A stretch of 62,585 nt of DNA, filler included, from Collodictyon triciliatum (GCA_043381765.1; 8 parts of 8 records of this genome joined end to end with filler, not necessarily neighbours in it), one strand, 5' to 3'. Counted from the first letter of the whole stretch, positions 1 through 12,969 are shown. The notes: generated from the letters alone by a model not told the origin. Made by a program: numbers and translations.

Positions 1-165
1 AAAGACAAAAAGACAAAAAGACAAAAAGACAAAAAGACAAAAAGACAAAAAGACAAAAAGACAAAAAGACAAAAAGACAAAAAGACAAAAAGACAAATAG
101 ACAAAAAAACAAGACAACAAGACAAAAAAACAACAAGACAAAAAGACAAAAAAACAACAACAAAA
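1..165. repeat. (AAAAGAC)n microsatellite, degenerating
   Basis: Direct inspection. Confidence 0.95.
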
Positions 166-260
166 AGAAGAGCGAACATGCACGGCGAAAAAAGGAGCTA
201 TTCTTCTACCCTTCTTTTATTTTCTAAAATTAGGCCATTTTGCTTCTAACGAAGGTGACA

Positions 261-3200
261 ATGACAGCGCTTGGGCTATGCTTGTTGGATGATTTTGGTT
301 CATTGATCGGGCTTGTCACGTACGTATTCCCCACGACATCACTTTTTACTGTTCTTCCAGTGTGTTGTTGGCCATCCCAAAGTGACTTTCACCCCCAAAA
401 TGTTTGGCTCTTTATGTCATTCTAGTTTGATGTTTTTTTTCTTTTTCGTCTATGATACGTTCCGAAAGCTTTCTTTTGTTATCAATTTTGGGCACAACTG
501 AGACCACCACAATCATGATAGAAAGGAAAGCTTCTCTATAAACACAGCCTCAAAGCTCACATTGGATTTCTCATCCTCCATACTGGAACTTCGCAAAGAC
601 GATGCATCTTCAGGGTAAGGAATTACCATAATATTTTCAATTGATATCAATATTCATAATCGGTTTTTTTGGGCAAATCCAATGAAAAGAAATGGAAGCT
701 GTCATCGTCTGCCTACAATAAATCCCCTCCCCTCTTTCTCTTTACTTTTATTTGTTCCATATACTCAACATTTCGTGCATGATTTGGTTAAGTGAAGAAA
801 ATGCTTCTTTTAAAAGAATATTGTGTTCTTAGCTTTCCTCTGAACTTCACTTTGAATCGAATAAAAGAAAAAACGTTCCTCTGAACTTGACATGTATTTT
901 TTTTTTTTTTTTAGGGAATTGCGGAATAAGAGCGCAAACTCCTTCACTGGCGAAATTCCACTAGGGTCTTCTTTCAAGTGCTGCTACTAGCTTTTTGGAG
1001 AGGTTAGAGGAGCATGAAACTCAATACCGCCTATGAATATACTTCTTACATATCATACCAGTATGTAAAACAAGAAAAAAGAGGGGTCTATGAAAGGAGA
1101 TACAAAACCCTTTACCCCTTTCCCTTGAATCTAATAAAGTAATTTTTCCACACCCTTGAGCCCTAGATACAACTGTGAAACCAAACTATTTGCTTCATTT
1201 TCCAGGTCTATGTCATGGCCTTTGGGCTCATAGTTGACCCTCCACTATGTTGCAAGAGAATCGTTGATGCTGGTATTAGGTATTATGATTTTTTTCTCAT
1301 TCACTGTATTATATCCTTCAGTGGATTCAATGTTCAATGAATTACCATTATTGCAATTCAATCAACTGAATACAATACCCTCTCCCCTTTATTCGAATAA
1401 AGGAAAAAAAAAGCTCAAGACACCACATACTCTTTGCACATGCTCTAGTCATGGATATACTCTGTTAGAAACTTTGTTTCTAACTATTCAACATAGACTA
1501 ACCTCCATTATCTAAAGCGCGCTAGGCAATCTCTAAAAACAAGAGGTAACATGCTCCAATATTCAAAAGAGATATGCCGACATCTACTGGGTTTTGGATA
1601 GGATTCTGCAGGAAGAAAAAAATGACTATTCTGTTAAGGTTATTATATATTGTTTAGTTATCTTTTAATCGAATAAAAGAAAAAAAATATATTGTTTAGT
1701 TATCTGTATAATACATTGGTGTTTCTGGCATACTTGGATCATTTTATCATATCGCAATATACATAGTAAATGCATTTACAATTTATTCTCTATTTCAAAT
1801 CAGATGGATGACATTGACCGTATTCGCCTTTGGGCGAATATCAAACATGACTTTGACGGTCGAAACAAAGTGTATGGCTTGATTCTTATTCTTCAACTTT
1901 ATAGAGGCACTCTGTCATACCATGCCATTACATTCTAAGCCAATCAACGAAGCGCCATATAATGACCTTGTAATTTATTTTGTGTTCAATATGCAAAAAA
2001 AAAAATAAAATAAAATAAAATAAAATAAAAAATTGAACTGGATACTTACCAAAATGAAAATTCTGTTTCTGGAAAATAGCTACTCCCAACTAGATACAGT
2101 GGACTTTTTTCTCCCCATGGCAGTTTCCCGCCTCGTTGTCCCCAACACTATCAAACCCATGAGTGAAGCATTCAAGTATGCTTGTCATTTAAATAATTTT
2201 TTTTTCTCCATGGATTATATGCTATTTTATGTATAGAAACCGATAAGACCCTATAAATCATAATGTTGATATTATATAGAAAGCTTACTTCCTTCCTAAA
2301 CCTTATATACAATCATTCACAAAGGTGTGGCGAGGGTAATTTTGGAAATTTGCTTCCGGCACCAATCGCAACCCCTCTGGTGCCAACAGAAGTATCCTTT
2401 TTAGAGCAAGATATGAACGAAGCATCATTTGGGTTTGAAGCCAATTTTGACGATGTTTTTGTTGAGGCACCACTTCAATCAGTCCGAACAATTTCAGAGC
2501 TTATTGGAGAACAAGCAACTGCATTGCCATTTCCATCAAGAAAAGCATCTTTGGCCAGATTTGATATTTCAAAGAATTTACCACACGAAAAAATGACTGA
2601 AACTGAAGCCAAGAAATCACCAACAGAAAAAATTAGCTTGAGGGAGGTGTCATTATCCCCAAAGAACCCATATTCTGATAGAGTCACTCCACTTTCAGTG
2701 ACCACAGCAAAGCAAGAGCAATCAAAACCCAAGGCTATTTCTACTCTTCGAGCGGACTTGTATGGAAATGTGAATATATCGGCATCGCAGGACCCATTCT
2801 CTGAGAAATTTGGCATCCAATCAGGCGGGGACCAAATGCGCTCTGGGAAACAATCAATTGTTGCACCATCCCAAAGGCGTAAAAGTTTGGATCAAGGAGC
2901 ATACTACTCAACTTCAAACCCTGCCGCCCCTCCAAAAACAAGCATCGGAGTTTCACCAAGTTCATTAAAATCAAGAAAGTTTTCTGAAATGCCATTGTCA
3001 CAGCCGTACTCCACATCTCCCTCAACTGCTATGTCATTATTTTCCAATTCTATGCGCAACTCACACTTAGAGCGCACAGAGCCAGTGGCATCCAAAATTG
3101 TAGAAAACAGCGGACTGCAATCAACCAAACAAAACCAAAAGAGTGCGAGTGAAAAGACAAAACCACCCACAACCCCACCTGGGAGCTCGAGTCGAACAGC

Positions 3201-4609
3201 AAGCCGCGCAGGGACAGTGTACACAACACCCTCTCCAAAGACAGACGCGCCACTTCCAAGTCAACAGAGAGCCTCATTTGATTCTGGAACATCGAAAAAG
3301 CCATACCAGTCGTCCTCCAATGTTTTAATAGACGATTTGCTAGGACTAGGAGATTCTTCCTCTCCTGTAGCCATACCATCAAATTCTTCATTCAAGAGTG
3401 CCACTGGGGTGTACGCAGCGGGTAACCAAGATTTATTACTATTCATGGATGATATTGCAACACCCTCAAGCGCCTCAGCACCGATTCCCAGCAATATTTT
3501 GAACCCACAAACCCAATCATTCCATAATACAGTTGATAAATCATCTGATTTCAACTTAAAGTCTTCATCAGACTTACTGAAAGGTGACTCAAAAGATCTG
3601 TTTTCATCTTCATCAACTTCAGTTAACGAGAAGGTAGAGTTTTTATCTATATCTGGGGCAGCACCGCTCAACTCATCTTTTTTGTTTGAGTCAAAGCTGG
3701 GTTCTTTTGATGGCAGTTTCCCGTCGTCTGGAATGAGTACAGGCACTCTTGGGTTTAGTACGGCATTTAAAAACAGTGATGAATTCTCAGCAACACCCAG
3801 CACGCAAACAACTCAACCATTTTCCACATCTTTCCCACAACCCGACCAATTCAACCAGTCAACATCATTGCAAAATTCATTATTTGAGTCCAAATCTCAA
3901 TCGCAAGGGTTTGAGAGTTCGTTTGGTAGCGAATCGAATTCATTGAAGCAAACTAGCACATCATTTTTTGGGACAAGCTCTCAGTCACACTTGTTTGAAT
4001 CAAGTGTTTCGCTATCTTCTCAGTCGAGTTATAGTCACCTCACACACCAGATTGAAGCCTCTCAGATAGGCTCAACCCCAGGAAATCCGAATGTTCCCAC
4101 AGCATATCTTGCATCTCAGATAAGAGTGGCAATATCCGAAACTGTCAATGCAAGTTACGTGGGTGGAAAGTCAGAAAGCTTATCAGTCATGGGTCAAATA
4201 GGATTTTCTTTTCCAAATGTTTCCAAGTACCCCCTCCCAAAGAGCTTTGTTTTCCAAATCAAAGGCTTTGAAAAGTTTGAGTCTGCACAGCCCAACCCAA
4301 CTTTTCTGCAAACCATGGAGAATGGAAAATATCTTTTTACATGCTCAGATTATTCTCGATTCGATCCAGCCAAGCCACTTACCATTATACGCTATAAACT
4401 CAAGCAAGAATATAACCTGGAGATGGTTCGTGTGGCACCAGTATGGAAAAAAGATGCAACCCATTCAAGTGTCATGATTATGTGTGCTATCAACCCCGCT
4501 CTTAAGTTTAACCTTGATGATTTCTCTGTCACTCTAACCTATTCTGGAGATGTCAAGAATGCTATTTTACAGCCCGCAGATGGAGTTTGGAGTAAAGAAG
4601 AAAATAAAG

Positions 4610-4642
<33 letters not shown>

Positions 4643-5085
4643 TTAATTCTCGTCCTAGTTTTTTTTCCGGATTATTCGCTTATCGATATTTCTCATTCTA
4701 ATGATATTTCTAGTTTATTTGTTTAATTAAATGTTAACCTATTTAAATGTTTCATTTTATCCAAACCGGACAGAATGAGCTTACTCTTCTATGGGCCATA
4801 AGACAAACTTTAATTTTTTTTGGGATTACTGTGTTATTCTAATTTTTTAAACTCTAAACACAGGTCACATGGAAAATCCCATCCCTTCAACCAACCACAC
4901 CGAAAACCAAGTTATATGCCCGTATGGACCACACTGGCAACTTCCAGGCCAACCCACTAACAATCAAATTTCATTCTAAGCATCACTTGGTTTCTGATTG
5001 TCTTGTCGAGAGCGAAAATGGAGACACTTTTAGGGTTGGTTTGTCTCAGGTCAACACAGGCAAGTTTGAAGCATCTGGTGCCTAG
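261..5085 (+). CDS. TML: TSET/TPLATE complex subunit TCUP/TML (N-terminal longin-like region, long low-complexity linker, C-terminal muniscin mu-homology domain); multi-exon
   Basis: The 5' exons read MTALGLCLLDDFGSLIGLVT|DFHPQNVWLFMSF...VYVMAFG...KRIVDA...EVTCSNIQKRYADIYWVLDRIL...LDTVDFFLP. This is colinear with the plant TML N-terminus as I recall it (MSCLALAL..WFPP..IYVLG..EVTPEKLGRKYAEVYMALDIVL..FELP). The large exon in ORF 2263..4701 ends in a muniscin MHD (IRVAISETVNA..MGQI..PNP..VAPVWKK..LQPADGVWSKEENK). Donor GT at 4609; last exon 4864-5085 (VTWKIP..TGKFEASGA-TAG). Splicing around 1290-1545 is not resolved. Confidence 0.8.
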
Positions 5086-6359
5086 AAATCCCAAGAAAAC
5101 CGAAAGGGGAGTCGCTGGGGAAATCAAAGCCTCTTTCAGTCCAGTCATCACCAGTCTAAACAAGAACCGAAAAGAAAGAAATACAAAACCACATGATATT
5201 CGAATAAATCAGTCCGCTGACAAAGTTTAAACAGCTTGCCTTCTTTCTCATAATTCAGATATAACATTACATTTTTTTTAATGCGACTTCAAAACAGAAA
5301 TGAAAAAGATGTTGAAGAGAATGTCGATCATGTTTGGATGAAGCTAGCAAATAGCCGTGGAGAGTAAACAAAAGCATGCTATTTCTAGGTTACAAAGGAC
5401 TTACGAGGCCTTATGAATTACCCCATTCAAAGATGATTTTTTTCTTCTCCCCCAGTATTAGCCCCTGTGTGGCCGTGTCCAAACTTGCGATGTAACACAA
5501 AACATTTATAGTCTACCACTCATAAAATATTTTCCCCCTCTTTTCGTAAGATATCTATCACAGCATATTCAACCCCTGCTACTCACGCAGCCAATCAACC
5601 AGTTGGGTCGCCCACCTGACCAACTCGCTATCACTGATTTCTCTCCAGTGCTAGCCTCTCCGCGGTAGTTGCGTCTTCTACTCACGTTTGCTCTCTACCA
5701 TGCGCACCTATCTCGCCCCTTTGTATGGCATAACCTCGCTACACTTTGAATTGATTAAAGAAAAAAATATTTTTTCCTTTTGAAGTGATAAAACCCCCGA
5801 AATACCATTAAGCTACGCTGTGTCTTGTGTTTACCCTCGAAATGGTTAGATGGTTTGCATGGATAGAATGAAACGAGGCAACCCCTAGCCGCAATGAATC
5901 AGAGGTATCAGAGTATTACCGTATATAAAATATAGCACAATTTATACCACTTATTCGCTTTATATGGTAATCATTTCCCCCAATTTTGTGCAGACAGAGA
6001 CATACGTTGAATCACACCCAAATCTGCACAACGCAGGCGATGTCAGAATCAAAAAAAAAATAAATAAATAGCGAGCACTGGGGATGAAGCCAAAAACAAA
6101 AGCAAAAAACAAGGACTTTGTTCAGGGACGAAAGCTCCATATCCAACATGCCATCTCCCAAAGCAATAATCCGCACTGTTGACACCCTAACCCATACAAA
6201 GAATCATACGACTCACATGCGCCCAAAAGCAACTACTCAACCACTTGACTGACACCTTGATACTCTGCTGATGTCCCCGGCAGGTGTCAAGCAGGAGCAA
6301 GAAAACGCCCCGTACTCCAAAAAAGAAAAGAAAAAAAAGGGACTCACTCTTTGCAAAAA

Positions 6360-7790
6360 ATGTTTGAAAAAAGAGACGCCCAAAAGCCATTCACAGACGC
6401 GGACGAGGAGGCTGGCCCATCCACAGGAAAATGGGCTGAGAAGCAACGGGAGACCTCGCCGAAGAAAACGGGCTTGTTCGATGCCTATATCGACTGGGCC
6501 TCAGGACTTTTAGCCAGAAACCAGATCAAGTATCGTCTGCTTTCGCTCCTTATCATGGCTGCAGTGGCCACGTTGCTAGCGATCTACAAGTACAATTTGT
6601 CACTCAACGATGAAAAAAATGCAGCACGTTTATACTTTGCATCAACGGCCCAGTCTGTGGCCAGCTCACTAGAGAGCGAATTCTACGCGGCAGCTCTCTA
6701 TCACAAGATGCTTCTCAACCATATCATCACAAACAAAAAGATACCGACGAAGGACGAATACGCCCAGTTTACAGACCAGAATGTCTTTTGGAACATCACC
6801 AAAGTCATACTTGGGGAGAGCTTGGCTCTGTATGTCACAAATGACACCCGTGCCGCGTACGAGGAGTTCGGCCGTTCTGTCTATGGCCCTTCGTTTCGAT
6901 TGACCGAACGCAACGCTCAAAGCATCCTTGTTGATGCTGCTGATCGCACAGAGTACTATTCTGTCATCTATATCGAGCCTTTCAATACTAACCGGGCCGT
7001 GGTGGGGTTTGATATTTTTAGTGAGCCTCGAAGGGCAGCTGCAATCAACATATCGGTACGCACTGGTTCCATGGTCCCCTCAAATAGAGTCCAGTTGGTT
7101 CAGAGCACCAAGCCAGAGTTTTCCACTATTGCCTTGATTCCGTTCTATCGCATCCCATCTCCTATCCCATCTCCTTACACTGAAATAACTGCAACCACCA
7201 TTCGCGAGTATGTTGCTGCTTTAAAGGCTCGTAACATCCCTCTAAGCTTGGATCTCTATCTTTCTGCCGTGAACTCTGGGAGCTACACTGCAAAACCACT
7301 GCCAGGAGCTGAAACGATGGGTGTCTTATGCGCTGCATGCGTGTACCAGGTCATCCTAGACAATGCCATTAAGGAGATTGATTTGTTTATGGTGGATGTT
7401 ATTCTTTACATCGCCGATGCCCCAGAAGGAGTCCGCTATTTGGCACATCACTCAGGTCCGAGTGATGACCCTTCCTACTTAAAATACACTATGGATGAGT
7501 TACAGGCCTCTGGTCCTGGATCGATTAGCGGAGATATTGTAATCACCCACAACCTTTTATTCGGAATTCGTCCATACCGTCTTGACATCGTCGCGAGAAC
7601 AGGGTTCTTTGAGGCCAAGATGACAGATGTCCCAGTTACACTATTGGTTGTCTCGCTCCTGGGGTCTTTCCTTGGGCAGTTCACAACTATGATAGCTGTT
7701 TGGTACATATTTTATCAGCGAAGGAGAAAGACATCAGCCAAGGATGATGTCGTTCGCGTACAAAACTACTCACCTGACACTCCGCCGTGA
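6360..7790 (+). CDS. Intronless CHASE-domain membrane protein (TM-CHASE-TM, no kinase or cyclase output domain)
   Basis: Uninterrupted ORF. Hydrophobic segment LLSLLIMAAVATLLAIY, CHASE signature RTEYYSVIYIEPFNTNRAVVGFDIFSEPRRAAAINISVRTG..RVQLVQ, second TM VTLLVVSLLGSFLGQFTTMIAVWYIFY followed by QRRRK, then a short tail and TGA. Confidence 0.85.
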   Translation: MFEKRDAQKPFTDADEEAGPSTGKWAEKQRETSPKKTGLFDAYIDWASGLLARNQIKYRLLSLLIMAAVATLLAIYKYNLSLNDEKNAARLYFASTAQSVASSLESEFYAAALYHKMLLNHIITNKKIPTKDEYAQFTDQNVFWNITKVILGESLALYVTNDTRAAYEEFGRSVYGPSFRLTERNAQSILVDAADRTEYYSVIYIEPFNTNRAVVGFDIFSEPRRAAAINISVRTGSMVPSNRVQLVQSTKPEFSTIALIPFYRIPSPIPSPYTEITATTIREYVAALKARNIPLSLDLYLSAVNSGSYTAKPLPGAETMGVLCAACVYQVILDNAIKEIDLFMVDVILYIADAPEGVRYLAHHSGPSDDPSYLKYTMDELQASGPGSISGDIVITHNLLFGIRPYRLDIVARTGFFEAKMTDVPVTLLVVSLLGSFLGQFTTMIAVWYIFYQRRRKTSAKDDVVRVQNYSPDTPP

Positions 7791-8103
7791 GGCTCACTGC
7801 CTTACTCACTCGTCCACCTACTTTGATGGTGGTCTCGAGAAGAGTTTTCCACCATATTATCTTTTATCTCCCTCCTCCTTGAGATTAAAGCGACCTTATC
7901 CGCACCTTCGCTTGGTCATTGCATTTTGGAAAATAAAAAGAATAAATTTGTGTCTCATATGCCTTGATATCAATATATACTTGATATTAAGTATATATTG
8001 ATATCATGCCTCATTTTTCATTTTTCTTCCTATTTATTATTGTAAAGGTAATATGACTCTCACCAGTACGTTCTTTTTTTTTTTTTTTTTTAAAAACGCC
8101 TTC

Positions 8104-8157
<54 letters not shown>

Positions 8158-8257
8158 NNNNNNNNNNNNNNNNNNNNNNNNNNNNNNNNNNNNNNNNNNN
8201 NTTAATTAATTAANNNNNNNNNNNNNNNNNNNNNNNNNNNNNNNNNNNNNNNNNNNN
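8158..8257. other. Artificial contig spacer (44 N + TTAATTAATTAA all-frame stop linker + 44 N)
   Basis: Linker at 8202-8213; the same structure recurs six more times. Confidence 0.98.
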
Positions 8258-8601
8258 AAAAAAAAGAAAAAAAAGAAAAAAAAGAAAAAAAAGAAAAAAA
8301 AGAAAAAAAAGAAAAAAAGAAAAAAGAAAAAGAAAAAAGAAAAAAGAAAAAAGAAAAAAGAAAAAAGAAAAAAGAAAAAGATGAAAATGAAAACTGTGGA
8401 TTGTGGTTGCTGTGCCATTATTTGCCGTTCGTATCAACAATTTCTCTTCTGTCGCTTGTGATATAGTGTGCTTGTTTGGCAGTAATCATCGCGGTTGAAT
8501 AATATCTTGGATACTAATTCGGTCACATTAGAAGAATTTGGGGGTTTCTAAAGGCGCTTTGGGCAGCATACATAACCAAGTTTATTCAGGAGGACAACAC
8601 A

Positions 8602-11600
8602 ATGGTAATATATATCCCATCCACCATGTTGTGACCTACGCTGGCATTTGAGAATCTATTTCTTGAGTAAATTCACCACGAGCCCTTCCGCGACATCGTA
8701 TTACGCATTAAGTTACTAAAGTGTGTTTACACAAAGGTGGTCGGCCAAATGATGAGAGACAAGACTGAGACAGAAACACCAACCGCCGAGCAATCCCTTA
8801 TCCTGGTATTTGCTAGCTGCTGATCTCCCAATCACTTAATGTTATTAAAGTAGTTGTGCTGACTGTGTCATTTTTTTGAAAAGGTGAAAAACCTATTGAG
8901 AACTTCAATTTCCACCATCACTTACCTTCGGGATATATTCCCAGAGGACCAATACACCGACCATAGACTAACAGGTGAGACAATATGCTGCTACTTTTTT
9001 CGATGTTACATCCTAAAAAAAGAAAATGCAATAATTACTTTTTTACAGGTATTCAAATAAAAGCTCTTCGAAGAGACGGATCTGACGAGGCAAGCACACT
9101 CGTAAAATGGCTTGAAGATGGAGCCTTTGATGCGCTGAATAAAAAATATGTAAGAGCAAAAAAAGAGTGACAAAGAAAAATTTGCTTCCTTTTTTTTTTC
9201 TTAAAAATAAGTAATGCTTTTTTGTTTAATTTTTTTTCGCAGCTTCGAAAAATAGTTTTTGGGATTTCTACAGAGGATAATGGAAAAGAGGAGAGCCTGA
9301 TAGAAAGCTACATATGTATCCTCAATCCTATTTTTTTTAAAAAAAAATCATTTGATTTGTATCACAATTATCTTAAAATCATTACGTGATTTCTTCGCCT
9401 GTAGTCGATGTATCCTATCCTGAAAATGGAGACGTTTGTGTAAATATTGGAAGTTCAAAAAAGAAAGGACCAACGCAAAACCAGGGAAAATTTCACACAA
9501 AGGCAGAGATTAAGAAGGCCACTATCAAGTAAACATCTTATTATATCACCATATGCTTTAAATCTTGCCATCCGATTCTATAAATCTAATTTCATTGATA
9601 CTTAACAAGGATATTGAGAACCCTCATGATTATGTCTGAGACTCTGGAGCCTCTACCTAGAGACCGATTCTTGACCTTTCGGTTATTTTATTACGACGAC
9701 AGAACCCCCGTTGATTACGAGCCCCCATTTTTCCGACCAGCTGAGGACGGTAAGGTGGCTCTGAAAAGAGAAGTAAATATAAAATGAATATATCATATGT
9801 ATAATTCAAGGCCATTATTCCTACATAGACAACTTGGAATACTGCAGAAAGCCTGTTCATATGGTTATTGGAAACGTTTCCACGCCTTACCACACCATGG
9901 TAATGAAGAAGCTATTTTCAGGTGCGCTTCAAAGTAGGCATATTCCTATTTTCTAATGAAATTAAAATATAAATACAGAATCTCCGAATCAAAACTACAG
10001 CAGACGCTATAGATGAATCTATTGACCCAGCAGATAATTCCGATGAAATGTAATGATTAAATGATCTCATATGTTTCATAACACTCAACTCGAGAAAAGG
10101 AATATAAATATCTTTCAAATGATTAACCACCATTTCTGGTTGAAAATTGGTTGTATAAAAGATTAGCAGAAGTTGCTTCCATAAGCGTGGCTGACAACAG
10201 TGAGGCCATTCCAAAAGACTCGGATACAGCAGTGTGTGCAAAAAATAATATTAAAATAGCTTAAAGATTTTGATAATCAGAAACATTCGATTTTAAAATG
10301 ATTTGATTCGTTTTTTGAGCTGCTTCAATGCTTTAGGAAAATGAGACTTGCAGCAGGAAACCCCTATTGAGAGGTTCCCTGTCATGATTTCAATATAAAA
10401 TTTTTTTTATTTTTTTTCTAAGAAATATGTCAATCTTCAAGGACTTTTAATATGCTGGAAAATAAAAGGATTTGAAAAAGATTTATCACTTCATAATATT
10501 GTGCTTTATATTGCCAGCTGGTGAATATTCCAAGGAAAGAGACGAATTGGTGGATTTATCAACGCAGGAGAATCCAAGAGATTTTGGGGCGGACATATTG
10601 AGCTACATTGCCAAGCAGCCAACGGGATGCAATTTATCGGGCTTAAAGCAGATGTTTGGTGATTCAAATCACCACACTATCAAAGGTATCTACCACCGAT
10701 TTCCCAAGCACACCGTTATATTGCAAAGAAATTCTTCGATGCCAATATCACATGCCGGTTATCCTTACGAATATGTCCTACGACAAAAGAAATTTTTTTA
10801 AAAAAATAAAAAATAAAATAACAGAGACGCTCGACCGATTGATAAAAGAGGGACACATAGTTCTGAAAGAAGGATATTACTTGAGAAGGTTCGCTCCACC
10901 GAACACAGAAAACATCGAAAGTGTACGCATTACTTTAGATATAAAAAACCAGAAAAATATTTTTTTTTATATCCCGAGACTCGCATGGGAAAAAAGGTCA
11001 CACCAAATAGCCTCAACCCCCAAACAAGGGATGAAACACCAAAGAAAAGCATAAAAGGCACATAATATGCAGGCGAGTGGCTAATAAAAGGCAAACGATC
11101 AATACATTACTCAGAATTCAACCGAGCTAAACGAAGAAACGCAAGATGAAGAGAATGACGAGACTTCAGCTTTGGAGGAGGCCGAGATTCTCTACCACCG
11201 CGCAATGTTGTGGATTCTTCCTCAGAAATATGTGAGTGTAATCCATTCATACACCATTCGCTCAATTCTTATTTTCGAATGCAATTTTAATTGTAATAAA
11301 AACAAACAAAAAAAGCAATAAACTATGGACGAACCACTCACAAGAGATATGGTTTTTTTTGTTTTGCTTTATTCTTTCGGCATATGAATTAAAAACAAAC
11401 CAAAAAAAACAAACAAACGTACAGGTGACGAAATCAGCGATGGCGAGAGACATGAGTATCAGCGGTGATGTGGTCAACGCACTTCTGCAAAAGATGGAGC
11501 GAGAGAAGCTCATAAAAAAGAACAGCAACAGAAAGCGTAACTGCAGAGATACATCATATATCATATTCATATTTGCCGATGGAATCGCTAAAACTCTTTT

Positions 11601-12969
11601 GTGCGCCGCCCTTTTAATACATTGCAGTCGGAAGTATCCAAGTCTGCGAGGGAAAAATCGTCACCGATGCCTTGGCGGGCGCAAAGAAGTTTATGCAAGA
11701 ATACACAGACAGAGCGATGCAAAAAAGAGGTCGGCTGGAGATGCCCGCTGCCATTCTCCCACAAAAGGAAGCAGGTTTTTCTTTCAAAACAGTGCGATGA
11801 GTTGTCGATTACTTTCTGTTTCTGTGGATATGCATAAAGCAGTCCACGCCAAAGTGACGCACGTGTCTCGATTACTTGCTTCGGGGTTCCCATTGAACCT
11901 CTCCATTGCTTTTCATCTATTGTCAAAAGGAAGCACCATTGTATCGGCCACTGTCCAGAAATCACCCGAGCAGCCGATAAGGACGCCTCCCGCGGCGGTG
12001 AATATAGAATCGAGCAGGACAGATGTAAGAAATCGTTCTCGGTGATGCCGTTTGGCATAATAATGATTAATCTCGTTTCACTTCCTTTCAATAGAACCAC
12101 AGAGCGAAATCATCCTTTATTTACTGACAATTTTATTTTGTTTTCACCCACTCTGTTATATCGAGCTCCGCGTATTAATCTGGAAAATAAGATAAAAAAC
12201 ATAAAAATTACTAGACTCCTAATACATCGCAGTTGACAGCAATGGAGACTACCATCCAAGGAAATAAGACATATCGGGTCTACCCTGATACGGATATTGG
12301 CGCGGATACAGGCATTCTTACGCGAGAAAAGTAGATTTATCGTAACATTCAACTTAGCATACATGGTTGAGGACTTTTTTTTTTAAAAAAAAATCGTTCG
12401 AGGATAAAATCATTCATAGTCTCGCTACATCAAAAAATACGATGCGACAAAGGGTATAATATCGTCTCTCATGATAAAATTTTATACAGAATGGTTGGAA
12501 GCATAACGGCAAACGCGATGGCATATCCAGAAACCGTGAAGCATCGCTTTCCCGACCACATTTCAGATACGCAGGTGCGTGACAATACAACTAATTCCCT
12601 GAATTTCTTTTTTTTTCTTTTCTTTCCTTTTCCTTTTTTTTCTTTCTCGCTTCTGACCGCACGCAGAAAATCTTTTGGAAGTGTAAAAGCGAATTTCAAT
12701 TCTGGACGGAGAATCATATATGTCTATCGATGGAACACTACTTGATTATTGTTTTTATTTTTTTTTAGTGATGCTTTCCATATTTTCATGTAATTCTGCC
12801 ATACCTGCAGCACAAAGAAATATAAATGAATAAACACATTTGTTGAATCTAGGAGACAACACACCAGAAAAGGGCTCGTTGCAGCGTCACTGAATCTTCG
12901 CTCGATGTCACTGACCTGAATCTGGAACACCCGAGAAATCGTCGCCGCCTGTCGCTGAGACATTCCTAA
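8602..12969 (+). CDS. HOP1: Meiotic HORMA-domain axis protein HOP1/ASY1/HORMAD; multi-exon
   Basis: Spliced exons give EQSLILVKNLLRTSISTITYLRDIFPEDQY, LVKWLEDGAFDALNKKY|LRKIVFGI, LIESY, ILRTLMIMSETLEPLP, LFYYDDRTPVDYEPPFF and IGNVSTPYH (HORMA domain). LYHRAMLWILPQKY|VTKSAM..LLQKMEREKLIKKNSNRK resembles the ASY1 SWIRM/winged-helix region. A probable last exon 12853-12969 carries a closure-motif-like KRARCSVTESSL. Start and 3' end are inferred. Confidence 0.88.

Noticed and set aside
1513-1545. TAA codons in frame just before the conserved TML EVT..KRYADIY motif, suggesting stop-codon reassignment
   Set aside because: TAA, TAG and TGA all terminate well-supported genes here and long exons contain none. 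Unresolved splicing or a 1-nt error is more likely.
261-2260. FCHo/Syp1 F-BAR interpretation of the muniscin gene
   Set aside because: The 5' exons are too short for an F-BAR domain and match TML/TCUP motifs instead.
5445-5475. Minus-strand CCACACAGGGGCTAAT resembles the RNase MRP 3' conserved region
   Set aside because: The partner GAAAGTCCCC-type strand of P4 was not found upstream on that strand.
8202-8213. Palindromic TTAATTAATTAA recurring about every 8.26 kb
   Set aside because: It is an assembly linker with stops in all six frames, always embedded in Ns.
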